Below are positions 44,608-57,200 of a stretch of DNA of 64,000 nucleotides, one piece after another. The stretch's first letter is position 1. Every line of letters begins with the position of its first letter. The DNA lies in contig JBHGNT010000008.1 in NCBI GenBank assembly GCA_043228905.1, positions 16,554,001-16,618,000 on the forward strand, in the 5' to 3' direction. A program made the position numbers and the translations under genes. The notes below the pieces were generated by a model that ran no database searches, was not told where the DNA came from, and saw only the letters and a program-made list of their open reading frames with translations. Origin of the DNA: Azolla caroliniana (lineage: Eukaryota > Plantae > Polypodiophyta).

Positions 44608-45413
44608 TCAACAACATCATGGTCTCTACAATCATTAATTCCTTTCATGTCAATTTGTGTTCTTCTCTAATATTCTTCAATGTCATGGGATAATAACACA
44701 TACTCATGTCATTTTATCCTCTCTATGAGACAATCTATATTTAGTACCACAACTGCATTCCTAATTTAAGCTCGCATGACTATGTGAATATTCTCGGTCG
44801 CAATATTCGTACCATAAGGGTGGTATCTTACTTAAGTAATCTATACTTATTACTGGTGTAACGTCATCATAAATTTGAAATTTAGTGATGGTCTCACCGA
44901 TTTTCTATTACCACGTGTATAAGGTAAAATTAGGATGCTCCTAGATATACACATTAGAGTTGATGACGCTGATTCCTTGCGCATAGATTTGATTTCTCTT
45001 GACGTATCCTCACGCGGAGAATTAAAGCCCCACTCACGCCATCCTTGTAATCCCAATCTCCCCAATCCTTAGCTCTTATCATGTCGATTGTCGTTGTTTT
45101 GTGTTCTCCCCTTATGATCTCTCCATTGCATGGGAACACAACACATGCTAAATGGCATTTTATCCACCCTCAAGTGTTGAGCTATATTCACTAATACACC
45201 ACTCCCTGCAAATCACTCCCAATTTAAATTTGCATGACCCTATGAATATTCTCCCTCAGTCTCGGTCTAATATGTGGATGGACTCTTACTATCTAATCCA
45301 TAGGTATTATTGCTTTTAAGGCATCCTAGGTTAGAAATTTTGAGCTTCCTTCAGACATCATTCATCACTATCTAGGGTAAAATAGGTATTCCTCCTTGTA
45401 GAGCTCGATATGA

Positions 45414-45498
45414 GGGGTTATGGCGTAGTTGGCTAGCGCGTAGGTCTCATAGCTCTCGAGATATCCTAAGGTCGAGAGTTCATTCCTCTCTCAACCCA
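45414..45498 (+). pseudogene. tRNA-Met(CAT) pseudogene
   Basis: Acceptor ggggtta/tcaaccc is broken; T loop mutated. Confidence 0.8.
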
Positions 45499-46308
45499 TC
45501 CACGAAATCATGGTTTCTACAATCATTAATTCCTATCATGTCAATTTGTGTTCTTCTCTAATTTTCCTCAATGTCACGGGAACATAACACATACTCATGG
45601 CATTTTATCCACCCTGTGAGTCAATCTATATTCAGTACCACAGCTGATTTTGCAAACCAGTCCGAATTTAAGCTTGCATGACTATGTGAATATTCTCGGT
45701 CGCAATATTCGTACCATAAGGGTGGTATCTTACTTAAGTAATCTATACTTATCACTGGTGTAACATCATCATAAATTTGAAATTTAGTGATGGTCTCACC
45801 GATTTTCTATTATCACAGGTATAAGGTAAAATTAGGATGTTCCTCAATATACGCATTAGTGTTGATGACGCAAGTTCCTTGAGCATAGATCTGATAGCTC
45901 TTGACGTATCCTCACACGGAGAATTAAAGCCCCTCGCACACCATCCTCGTAATCCCAATCTCCACAATTCGTAACTCTTATCATGTTGATTGTCATTGTT
46001 TTGTGTTCTCCGCCTATGATCTTCCATGTCATGGGAACACAACACATGCTAAATACCATTTTATCCACCCTCAAGTGTCGACCTATATTCACTAATACAC
46101 CACTTTCTGCAAATCACTCCCAATTTAAATTTGCATGACCCTATGAATAATCTCCCTCAGTCTCAGCCTAATATGTGGATGGACTCTTACTATCTATTCC
46201 ATACGTATTATTGCTTTTTAGGCATCCTAGGTTAGAAATTTTGAGCTTCCCTTAGACATCTTTCATCACTATCTGTGGTAAAATTGGTGTTTCTCCGTGT
46301 ACAACTAC

Positions 46309-49300
46309 GAATTTGTGCAAAAGCCGCACCGTTATCGAGCACCTCCGTCTCCATCCATGATGTTTTGATAAAGGGTTGCCCGAGGATCATGGAGTGTGAG
46401 ACCTCATTTGAATAAAGAAATTTTGGGTTATCTCCAAATCTCCGATCTTCACCGTGACATCCGGACAAGGCGCAAATAGGTCTTCTATTGCTTTAGTGGT
46501 TGCCCGAATCTTCCATCCATGATTAGTATTAATAGGCGACTTCCCCTTCTAGTAGAACTCCTTGGACATCAAGTTGATCTCCGATCCGTGATCAATCAAT
46601 GCTAGCACGGGCTCTTTGATGTTGCCGATTCGGACCGGAGTCTCCGTAGTTGCACGTGCCCAATGTGGCCTTGTGTAGTGGGAGTTAAGAATTCTGTCCT
46701 CCAAGTTGGTGTCATTCATTAAAACGGTATTTGCATTCACCCTTGGAGCATTTTCCTCCGTACTTTGTCTTTTTCTCTTTACGAGATCCACAAGAAGATC
46801 GTGGAACTCCTTCTTCGCTATTCCAAGTAATTCCCGAAGCGAAAATTCTACCCGGTTATCGAGGATTCTCTCCTTGAACACCTTTTTCAAGTCCGTTTGT
46901 TGTTCGATGTCCGAGGTGAGCTTGAATGCCGAAATCATCTTTTCTTTTCCCTTCCCTCCGGAGTTCCAGCTTTCCGGTGTCTTTGATTGTCCGGTTGCAT
47001 GCGCCGTCGTTTCTCGTCTATATACACTTCATGCAATTGACATAAGGCGTACACGCTATTCTTATCGACGGGGCACTCCCATCCCGTAGCTTCACGGATG
47101 TTTTCCGTGGTGCTTTGGATCTCATTGGAGTTGGTTTTCTCGGGGTTTTCCGGCCAAAAAGACACCTTTGCTCCTGATGACTCACCCACACTTATTCCCG
47201 CGGTTGTCGCATAATTACCTTTTGCTGATATTTCCTCCTCTAAGACCTTCATGCCGCCTTTCAGGAAGTTCAATCGGAGTTGCTTCTGAGAGTCCATTGA
47301 ATGAATCTGATTTCCCTTGTAGTAGATAAGAGCTCGTCGTAACGCCTCCTTGTGCTCGTCGCAATCCCTTCGATCATGTTCGGTGCTATCACACCATATA
47401 CACCATATACTTGGGACTTGTGGAACGGTCATTCGACTTCTTCACCATCACGATTTTTAGATTCTCCATCTCCTTCAGCAACTGCTCCACCGTGGTTGCG
47501 TCGATTCCCTTCTCGATCGTAGTCTCCCGAGCCTGCGATTGATGGTCTTCCAATCCGGATCTCGGTTTCGGAATCAGTTCCGAAACCCTCTTTTCTTTGT
47601 TAGCAAGCTATTACCCCCTCATTGTGTATTGTGCGATGATATCTCGCACATTATCCCATGTATCGGTGAGGCCACTCTCGGTGGTCGTGTCCTCCAAAAG
47701 CACTTCAAGGTCTTTCCAGTCAGGGACGTCCACGGCTCGTAGGAACATGATCACTTTGTCCGGTGCGACGATAGCTTGATCTCTCGCGGACAACCTCCCG
47801 AACCGAATTTCGAATGCCGAAAACACATCGAGGACCATCGAATCTTCGGCATTTCCACCCAATCTTCGAGCCCTCTCCTCGTTGCCTTGGAGGAGTCCTC
47901 GATGGCGAACGTGTTCTTTAGGGCCTCTTCAAATGGTTCCCATGTCGGATTTTGTTGTCGTATTACATGGATACTCCCTTGAAGACTGTTGGTCGCCACC
48001 CAGTTAAAGGATGTCACTTGTAATCCTTCCAAAATTCCACATCGTAGCATTTCCGCCTTGTAATCTCGCAAATACCGCAACACATCTTTCCCATTGAATT
48101 GCCCGTTCTGTTGCACGAGCCGCTCTTCTACCGCCGCAATCTCCAACATTGCGCTGTCGTAGTGTATTCCACACACTACGTGAAAACCATAAAATAATAT
48201 GTCCGATTTTAGATACATATAAATAAATAAATAATATATCAAAAGAATTTATCACGTGCATATGGCAGGATTCAAACCATGCACCTCCACGTAGATAAAC
48301 CCCAACTTTACCATTGTAATAACTTATCTTTAATGTTATAAATATAGATTTAATACGTATAAGACCTTTATTTACACATACCTTTATTAAAAGGTAAAAA
48401 TCATGTATTCTTTAGAGTGTGAATATTTTATTTACACGTGACATTAAAAGTGACTCATGCACATCTAGCGTGCATGAGCCCTATATTTAGGAAATGACAA
48501 AGAATCACATGCACATTTAGTGTGCATGGACACTTTAGGTGAAAAAGCATGAAGCCATGCTTAGCCTCTTCCATCTTTATATAAGGAGGAGAGAAATATG
48601 TGTAAGGTTGTTGATTAATATACAAGTTTGGATCAATTTAATATATTCGTGGGATTCACAAATTTTGCCATCTAATTGCTCTAATAATCTAAATATTGTT
48701 TTAATTACACTAAACTCGTGGGATTCACGAGATTGCTATCTTACTTCTCTTTCCACTATTCATAACTAGCCTTAAGTTGTATTCCTCTTCCTCCTAGTCA
48801 AAAACCTCGACGGTTCCCACCCGACTCACGCAACGATCTGGAGCCGAAGGGCACGACAGCGCGTTGTTCTTGTAGCATCCGCTCGAACATCACCATCATG
48901 TTGTTAACCTCTGGTTGAATTTCCATCTCCTTGCCACCCGGTTTCACGTCGGGTTCACCACTTGTGTCGCGCCTTTCGGCTCCGGATCGTTGCGTGAGTT
49001 GGGTGGGAACCATTGAGGTTTTTGACTAGGAGAAAGAAGAATATGGGATAAGGCTAGTAATGAATAGGTAAAAAGAGAGGTAACTTATGAATCTCGTGAA
49101 TCCCACAAGTTTAGTGTGTTTAATCAATATTTAGATAGTAAGAGACAATATAGATGACAAATTCGTGAATCCCACGAATATATTATATTGGTCAATCCTT
49201 ACAAAATAATCAACAACCATATACATCTTTCTCTCCTCCTTATATAAGGATGGGAGAGACTAAGCATAACTTCCTGCTTTTTCTAGAGTGCGTGACATGC

Positions 49301-49667
49301 TTTTTCTACTGTGCTTTTATTCCTAAATATAGTGCCAATGCACTCTAGATGTGCACAACTATTTTTTTATTGGTTTATATTTCTCTTGTAAATAAAGTAT
49401 TCACGCCCTCTAAAAATGCATGATTTACCTTTTAATAAAGGTAGGCATAAATAAAAGTCTTATAGCTATTAAATGTATATTTATAACAGTTATGACAAGT
49501 TAATACAATGGTAAAGTTTTGGTTTATTTACATAGACGTATAGGGTTCGAATCTTGCACTCTACATGTAATAAATATTTTAATATTTACTTTTATTTATA
49601 TATATGTACTTAAATCGAATATATTATTTTTACATTTTTCACATAGTGTGCGGACTACACTACAACA
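46309..49667 (-). mobile_element. Duplicate of element C fragment 2 (antisense solo LTR 48155-48858; 5' LTR 48965-49667)
   Basis: Near-identical to 17715-21054. Confidence 0.93.
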
Positions 49668-50067
49668 ACGCGGAGAATTAAAGCCCCTCTCACGCCATCG
49701 TCATAATCCCAATCTCCCCACGCCTTAGCTCTTATAATGTCGATTGTCGTTGTTTTGTGTTCTCCGCTTGTGATCTTCCATATCATGGGAACACAACACA
49801 TTCTAAATGGCATTTTATCTGCCCTCGAGTGTCGACCTATATTCACTAATACACCACTTTCTACAAATCACTCCCAATTGAAATTGGCATGACCCTGTGA
49901 ATATTCTCCATCGGTCTCGGTCTACTATGTCGATGGACTCTTACTATCTAATCCAAGGTATCATTTCTTTTTAGGCATCCAAGGTTAGAAATTTTAACCT
50001 TCCCTCACGTATCTTTCATCACTATCTATGGTAAAATAGGTGTTTCTCCATGTAGAGTTACATATAA

Positions 50068-50152
50068 GGGGTGATGGCGCAGTTGGCTAGCGCGTAGGTC
50101 TCATAGCTCTTGAGATATCCTGAGGTCGAGAGTTCAAGCCTCTCTCACCCCA
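50068..50152 (+). tRNA. Elongator tRNA-Met(CAT) gene with 11-nt intron, structurally intact
   Basis: Identical to 21455-21539. Confidence 0.9.
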
Positions 50153-50929
50153 TCCACGACATCATGGTCTCTGCAATCATTAATTCCTATCATGTAAATT
50201 TGTGTTCTTCTCTAATTTTCTTCAATGTCATGGGAACCATTGCATTTTATCTACCATGTGAGTCAATCTAGATTCAGTACCACAACTACCTTTGGAAACC
50301 ATTCCTAATTAAAGCTCGCATGACTATGTGAATATTCTCGGTCGCAATATTTGTACCATGAGGGTGGTCCCTTTCTTAAGTAATCTATACTTATGACATG
50401 TGTAACGTCATCATAAATTTGAAATTTAGTGATGGTCTCACCGAATTTCTATTATCACAAATATAAGGTAAAATTCAGATGTTCCTAGATATACGCATTA
50501 GAGTTGATGACGTTGATTCGTTGCGCATAGATCTGATTGCCCTTGAGATATCCTCACGTGGAGAATTAAATCCCCGCTCATGCCATCCTCATAATCCCAA
50601 TCTCCCCAATCCTTAGCTCTTATCATGTCGAGTGTCGTTGTTTTGTGTTCTGCCCTTACGATCTTCCATTGCATGGGAACACAACACATGCTAAATGGCA
50701 TTTTATCCACCCTCAAGTGTCGACCTATATTCAGTAATACACCACTTTCTGCAAATCACTCCCAATTTAAATTCGCATGACCTTGTAAATATTCACCCTC
50801 GGTCTCGGTCTAATATCTGGATGGACTATTACTATCTAATCGATAGGTATCATTGCTTTTTAGGTATCCAAGGTTAGAAATTTTGAGCTTCCTTGAGGCA
50901 TCATTCATCACTATCACTATCACATATGA

Positions 50930-51014
50930 GGGGTGATGGCGCAGTTGGATAGCGCGTAGGTCTCATAGCTCTTGAGATATCCTGAGGTCGAGAGTTCAAG
51001 CCTCTCTCACCCCA
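50930..51014 (+). tRNA. tRNA-Met(CAT) gene with intron; one D-loop substitution, all stems intact
   Basis: ggggtgatggcgcagttggatagcgcgtaggtctcata-gctcttgagat-atcctgaggtcgagagttcaagcctctctcacccca. Confidence 0.85.
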
Positions 51015-51288
51015 TCCATGACATCATGGTCTCTACAATCATTAATTCCTATCATGTCCATTTGTGTTTTTCTCTAATTTTCTTCAATGTCATGGGAACA
51101 TAACACATACTCATGGCATTTTATCTACCCTATGAGTCAATCTATATTCAATACCACAACTGCCTTTGGAAACCATTCCGAATTTAAGCTTGCATGACTA
51201 TGTGAATATTCTCGGTCACAATATGCCTACAATAAGGGTGGTCTCTTACTTAAGTAATCTATAGTTATCATTGGTGTAAATTCATCAT

Positions 51289-51823
51289 TTTTTATTTGTG
51301 ATGTGTTGGTGTAATGGTAATGGGGGGACACTCCAACCGCTGGAGGCTCGAGTCTCCTCACACCAACATACAAGTGGTACCTGAAAAGGGCGGTTTGTGC
51401 CCGTAAGTGACGGCGACACAAATGGTGACAGTGAAGGGTGGTTTGTGCCCGTAAGTGACGACGACGCATATGGTGATGGTGAAGGGCGGTTTGTGCCCGG
51501 TTTCGGCCTGTAAGTGGCGACGACGCAGATGGTGACGGTGAAGGGCGGTTTGTGCCCGTAAGTGACGGTGACAACAATGACAGTTTCGACGATAAAGATG
51601 GTAAAATGTAGCCTGTCTACAAGTTGCATGATGGAACGTGATGGCGTGAGTCTCATCACATCTCCTAGAGGTTATCTTGTGCATGTATCACACTCGTACC
51701 ATGCGGTACACCCCCTGATGGACTATGTACTGCTAATAAGACATGACTTCGTGTGAGTTGTAGCCTTTGGGCGAGCCAAAGAAAAAAAAATACAAAGTAC
51801 TATCTCCAAATGGGGGAAAAAAA
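51289..51823. mobile_element. Unclassified ~535-bp GC-rich insertion with four ~48-bp tandem repeats
   Basis: Interrupts the array at gtcatcat|aaatttgaaa; unit gaagggcggtttgtgcccgtaagtgacg.cgac.ca.atggtga.ggt; T-run at the left end, A-run at the right end. Confidence 0.7.
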
Positions 51824-52364
51824 TAAATTGAAATTTAGTGATGGTCTCACCTATTTTCTATTATCACAGGTATAAGGTAAAATTAGGACGTTCCTAGATA
51901 TACGGCTTAGAGTTGATGACGCGGATACCTTGCGCATAGATCTGATTGCTCTTGACGTATCCTCACGCGGAGAATTAAAGCCCCTCTCACACCATCCTTA
52001 TAATCCCAATCTCCCCAATCCTTAGCTCTTATCATGTCAATTGTCGTTGTTTTGTGGTCTCCGTTTCTGATCGTCCATGTCATGGGTACACAACACATGC
52101 TAAATGGCATTTTATCCACCCTCAAGTGTCGACCTATATTCACTAATACACCACTTTCTGCAAATCAGTCCCAATTTAAAATTGCATGACCCTGTGAATA
52201 TTCTCCCTCCGTCGGGGTGTAATATGTGGATGGACTCTTACTATCTAATCCATAGGTATCATTGTTTTTTAGGCATCCTAGCTTAGAAATTTTGAGCTTC
52301 CCTGAGGCATCTTTCTTCACTATCATGGTAAAATAGGTGTTTCTCCGGGTAGAGCTACATATAA

Positions 52365-52449
52365 GGGGTGATGGCGCAATTGGCTAGCACGGAGATCTAT
52401 TAACTCTTGAGATATCCTGAGGTTGAGATTTCAAGCCTCTCTCACCCCA
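52365..52449 (+). pseudogene. tRNA-Met pseudogene with anticodon destroyed
   Basis: ggagatctatta replaces gtaggtctcata. Confidence 0.8.
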
Positions 52450-53346
52450 TCCACGAAATCATGGTCTCTACAATCATTAATTCCTATCACGTTGATTTGA
52501 GTTCTTCTTTAATTTTCGTCAATGTCATGGGAACATAACACATACTCGTGGCATTTTATCCACCGTCTGAGTCAATCTATATTTAGTATTATAGCTGCTT
52601 TTGCAAACCATTCCGAATTTAAGCTCGCATGACTATGTGAATATTCTCGGTCGCAATATGCCTATCATGAGGGTAGTCTGTTACTTATGTAATGTATACT
52701 TATCATTGGTGTAAAGTCATGATAAATTTGAAATTTAGTGATGGTCTCACTTATTTTCTATTATCACAAGTATAAGGTAAAATTAGGATGTTCCTAGATA
52801 TACGCATTAGAGTTGATCATGCAAGTTCTTTGCGCATAGATCTGATTGCCCTTGACGTATCTTCACACGAAGAATTAAAGCCCCTCTTAGGCCATTGTCC
52901 TAATCCCAATTTCCCCAATCCTTAGCTCTTATCATGTCGATTGTCGTTGTTTTGTGTTCTCCCCTTATGATCTTCCATGTCATGGGTACACAACACATGC
53001 TAAATGGCATTTTATCCACCCTCAAGTGTCAACCTATATTCACTAATACACCACTTTCTACAAATCACTCCCAATTTAAATTCGCATGACCCTGTGAATA
53101 TTCTCCCTCGGTCTCGGTCTAATATGTGGATGGACTGTTACTATCTAATCCATAGGTATCATTGCTTTTTAGGCAACCTAGGTAAGAAATTTTGAGCTTC
53201 CCTGAGGCATCTTTCATCATTATCTATGGTAAAATAGGTGTTTGTCCGTGTAGAACGACATATAAGGGGTGATGGCGCAGTTCGCTAGCGCATAGGTCTC
53301 ATAGCCATGGGAACATAACACATGATACATGGCATTTTATCCACCC

Positions 53347-53939
53347 TTTCTGGAACATTACTAAGACAAGGAGGAAATTAGTAGTACAAGATCTGAATTA
53401 GTACTAAGAGAGAGAAGAGAGTGTAGAACTCATGAGAGAAGGCGAGAGAGAGAGAAAGATGATACTAAAAGATATATTATATTATATTATATTAAGAGTA
53501 AGTACAAGCTAAACGATGAGGCTTAAGACTAGAGTTGAACCGATTTGGTTCGAAATAATGCCTTGTGCGCCCTTGTATAGTGTTTTCAGGAGTACTCCTA
53601 AAGTTTCTAGAATTTTCTAGAGAAATTTGGATATATATATCATATTTCTAAAGTTAAATAATAAATGAAAATAATATTTTAATGGCAAGGGCTCAACCCA
53701 TGTAATATAAGGTCATGGGTTCGAATCTTGCCATATCATGTTCCGCGTCATTTTGGATTGAGGACCCAGTTTTTCTGGATATTGATGATGGAAGTCTTCA
53801 AGAAGAGCACTACCATTGGTCACATTCTCTATTGATTCCCAAGTACACTAACTAGGGCTATATCCTAGCCAATTGACCAAACAATAGAGCTTGTTGTGAA
53901 CAATCTTGGAATATAGGATGGTGGAAATCTCATACTCAA
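53347..53939 (-). mobile_element. Element G, 3' piece: chromovirus LTR remnant plus chromodomain
   Basis: EYEISTILYSKIVHNKLYCLVNWLGYSPS; ttctaga-rich LTR; joins 63154 as GPE|YE once H is removed. Confidence 0.75.
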
Positions 53940-54091
53940 TGTTGCTCGTAACAGTATACGGGGCGGCGTAATGGTTGAACATAATAATGTGGTTAATGTG
54001 TATGTGTAATGTATATGAGTGTGTGAGGATGAGTATTTCTAAGCACTTGCACAATTATGTGCATTGACAAGTGACAAGAATGTAACAATAT

Positions 54092-54129
<38 letters not shown>

Positions 54130-54218
54130 TGCAACCCCCTTGGGAGGGGGGGTGGAGCCATTCTAGGCTTCACCTCCCCCACCCATTAACACTTTTGGCA
54201 CGCCTGAACAACCGAACT

Positions 54219-57200
54219 TGTCAGAACAAAGTAAGAGATTGAACGATTTAAGGAAGGTATAAGAGAATAGAAGAAGAGAGGAGAATGGATTGATAAGAGA
54301 AGAGTGGGTTTATTAGAATAGAATGATTACAAGGATGAGTTGGATACAAGGTGGGCTTGGAGCTAAAGACTGGTGTTGATTCGAATTGATTTGAGGATAC
54401 ATGTATGACCTTATTTATAGGTTCCTATAGAATAGCTTAGAGATATCTATAATGTTCTAGAATGTTCTAGGACATTCTAGAACATTCTAGAATGATCTAG
54501 AGTTTTTACAATAATCAATGTAATATAAAAAGTAGCTTTTATCTTTTCATATGACAATAATCTATCTTAATGGTTGAGGTTTTCAACTATGGATTACAAG
54601 GTTTGAGGTTCAAGTCTGGGTGACGCCATAATTGTTATGTGTTCATGACACAGTCTTGGGTTCAAGTCTAGGTGAAGCATAATGTTCACGTATTCATGAC
54701 ACTATCTCTCCTCTTAAACGACGAGTGGAAGGAGTTGTTAACAATGCAGGGCCGAGTTTGTTGGGATAACGGCGATGGAAGTCATTGATAAGAGCTTCAG
54801 CATTACAAACATTATCGACGGGAGTGTGATCACTCGGGGTATAGCCTAGCCAATCAACTAGATAATACAACTTATTGCGCACAATCTTAGAATTGAGAAT
54901 GGCGGCTACCTCGTAGTCTGGGCAATCAACAAGTTGGAGAGGAGGCGGTGGGAGCACGACATGATTGGGAATCGAGCTAGTGTGGCAAGGTTCCAAAAGA
55001 GAGTTGTGAAAGACTGGATGAAGCCGCAAATTTTCAGGAAGATCAAGACGGAATGTTGCATCATTAATCCGCTTCGTGATGACAAAAGGACCCAAGCATT
55101 TATAATCTAGCTTATCACACAGTCAAGTAGTCTTTATGTGATGGCGTAACAACCATACCCGATCACCAACCTTGAATGGAGACGAAAGACGATGTCGATC
55201 TACGTGGGCCTTATGTTGGGCTTGAGCTTTTTGAAGATGTGAAGACAACTCAGACTGGAGGTTTTGGAGTCGGTGGAGGTGCTTCACTACACTAGGGTTT
55301 GGTGAGATCACTAGAATGTCCAAGAGACACCATCGAGGATGATTGCCAGTATAGGCATAGAAAGGTGTGACCTTGGTAGAAGAGTGTATGGTGTTATTGT
55401 ATGCAAACTCTACGAGATGCAATATATGACTCCAATCATCTTGTTGATAACTGATGAAACATCGAAGATACTGCTCAAGTGTTTGATTTGTGTGCTCTGT
55501 TTGGCCATCAGTTTCGGGATGATATGCTGAAGAGAGTTTGCAAGAGATTTGAAGCCCGTCACATAGGTGCTTCCAAAACGGAGATATAAATGGCGGACCA
55601 CGATCACTAATTATGTTGTTTGAAAGACCATGATGACGAAATACTTCACTCATAATGATATTTGTTGTTTCTTGACTACTGATGCTTTTTATGCAGGGCA
55701 AGAAATGTGCCATCTTGGTAAATCGATCCACTACGGTTAAAATAGCATCAAAACCCTATGAAGGTGGCAAATCTCCATGGCTTGCTCGGAGTCGGCAATG
55801 GTTGTACCAACCCATAAGGATGATGCCTAGGCATTTTAGCTTGACAACATGTGTCACATGTGCGAACGTAATCTTCAACAAATTGTTGTAAATGAGGCCA
55901 CCAAAATGATCACTAGCTACATGGTCTTAGCAATACCAAAGTGTCCAGCGATACGGTCATCATGACAATGCTCCAATACTCGAAGGCGTGGTGATCCATC
56001 AGGGAAATAAAGGAGATTCTTGTAGAAAAGTAAGTTATCTTGCCACTTGAACTCCTTATAACGTCGAGATGTCCCTGGCAATGTGCAGCAAAATGCATGT
56101 TTTGGACCAAGGTGGGCAAAGACATCCTTAGCAAAATCATCCGAGTGAAGTTGATGTTGAATAGTATCAAGAAGACTTGAATCCAGTGGTGTGGCATAAA
56201 CCGTGGTTGCTTGTAGTTTTGCTGGAACAAGGAGAACTTGCCTTTGATTGTCGAAAGTTGGATCTCTAGGGCGAAGTGCCAAATATAAGCGTCGAGATAG
56301 AACATATGCTTGCCCTTGTTGTTTCCCTAGCCGGAAAATGATCTTGAAATCAAAATGAGTTAAAAATTGCGCCCATCGAGCTTGTCGCCTATTTAGCACT
56401 CGAGCCGTCTGAAAATATGTAAGATTTTTGTGGCCATTGTAAATGATGATTTGATGAGGCGAACCTTCCAAGAAATGTCGCCATTGTGCAAAAGAGTCGA
56501 CCACAGCTAGTAACTCTTTGTCATGCACCTTGTTGTTGATCTCCGCAACATTAAATTTTCTTGAGTGAAATGCGACTGGATGCAACTGCCCATCTTCACT
56601 TGGCTGTAATAGGATGCTCCCCAATGCAAAGTTAGATGTATCTGCCTCAATGATAAATGGCTTTTTTGGATCAACATGAGCTAAGACAGGAGCTGATGTG
56701 AATGCCTCTTTCAACTTAGTGAAGGCTTTGTCTGCTTTAGGTGTCCAAAAAAATGTTGGATTTCTCTTGGTGAGTTGATTGAGCGGCAATACAATCTTCG
56801 AATAATTCCATAGGAATTTGCGGTAGAAGTTGGCAAATCCAAGGAAACACTAGACATCGCGGACGGAACTTGGAGTATGCCATTCCAATATTGTTTCAAC
56901 TTTCACTGGATTCATGAAGATACCTTTGGATGAAATGGTATAGGCCAAGAACTCAACTTCTTTGCAATCAAAACTGCACTTCTCCAGTTAGGCATAAAGA
57001 CCATACTCTCTTAAGCGTTGGAGTACCGTCCGCACATGTATATCATGATCCGCCTGTGTTCTAGAGTAAATCAATAGATCATTTAAATAGACTATGAGAA
57101 AGATATCTAGAAAATCTCGGAAAATGTCATTTGCCATATCTTGAAACGCGACGGTAGCATCTGTGAGCCCAAAAGACATGACTATATATTCGAAATTACC

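Larger units (their letters stand above)
44033..46308 (+). repeat. tRNA-Met array, segment 4
   Basis: B heads at 44067, 44957, 45859; A heads at 44523, 45414. Confidence 0.95.
49668..53347 (+). repeat. tRNA-Met array, segment 5 (right end)
   Basis: A heads at 50068, 50930, 52365, 53266 (truncated); B heads at 50501, 51910, 52810. Confidence 0.95.

Noticed and set aside
51570-51670. Possible hammerhead ribozyme on the minus strand (gtgatgagac...gtcgaaac)
   Set aside because: The core reads GUGAUGA rather than CUGAUGA, and no stem I pairing was found.
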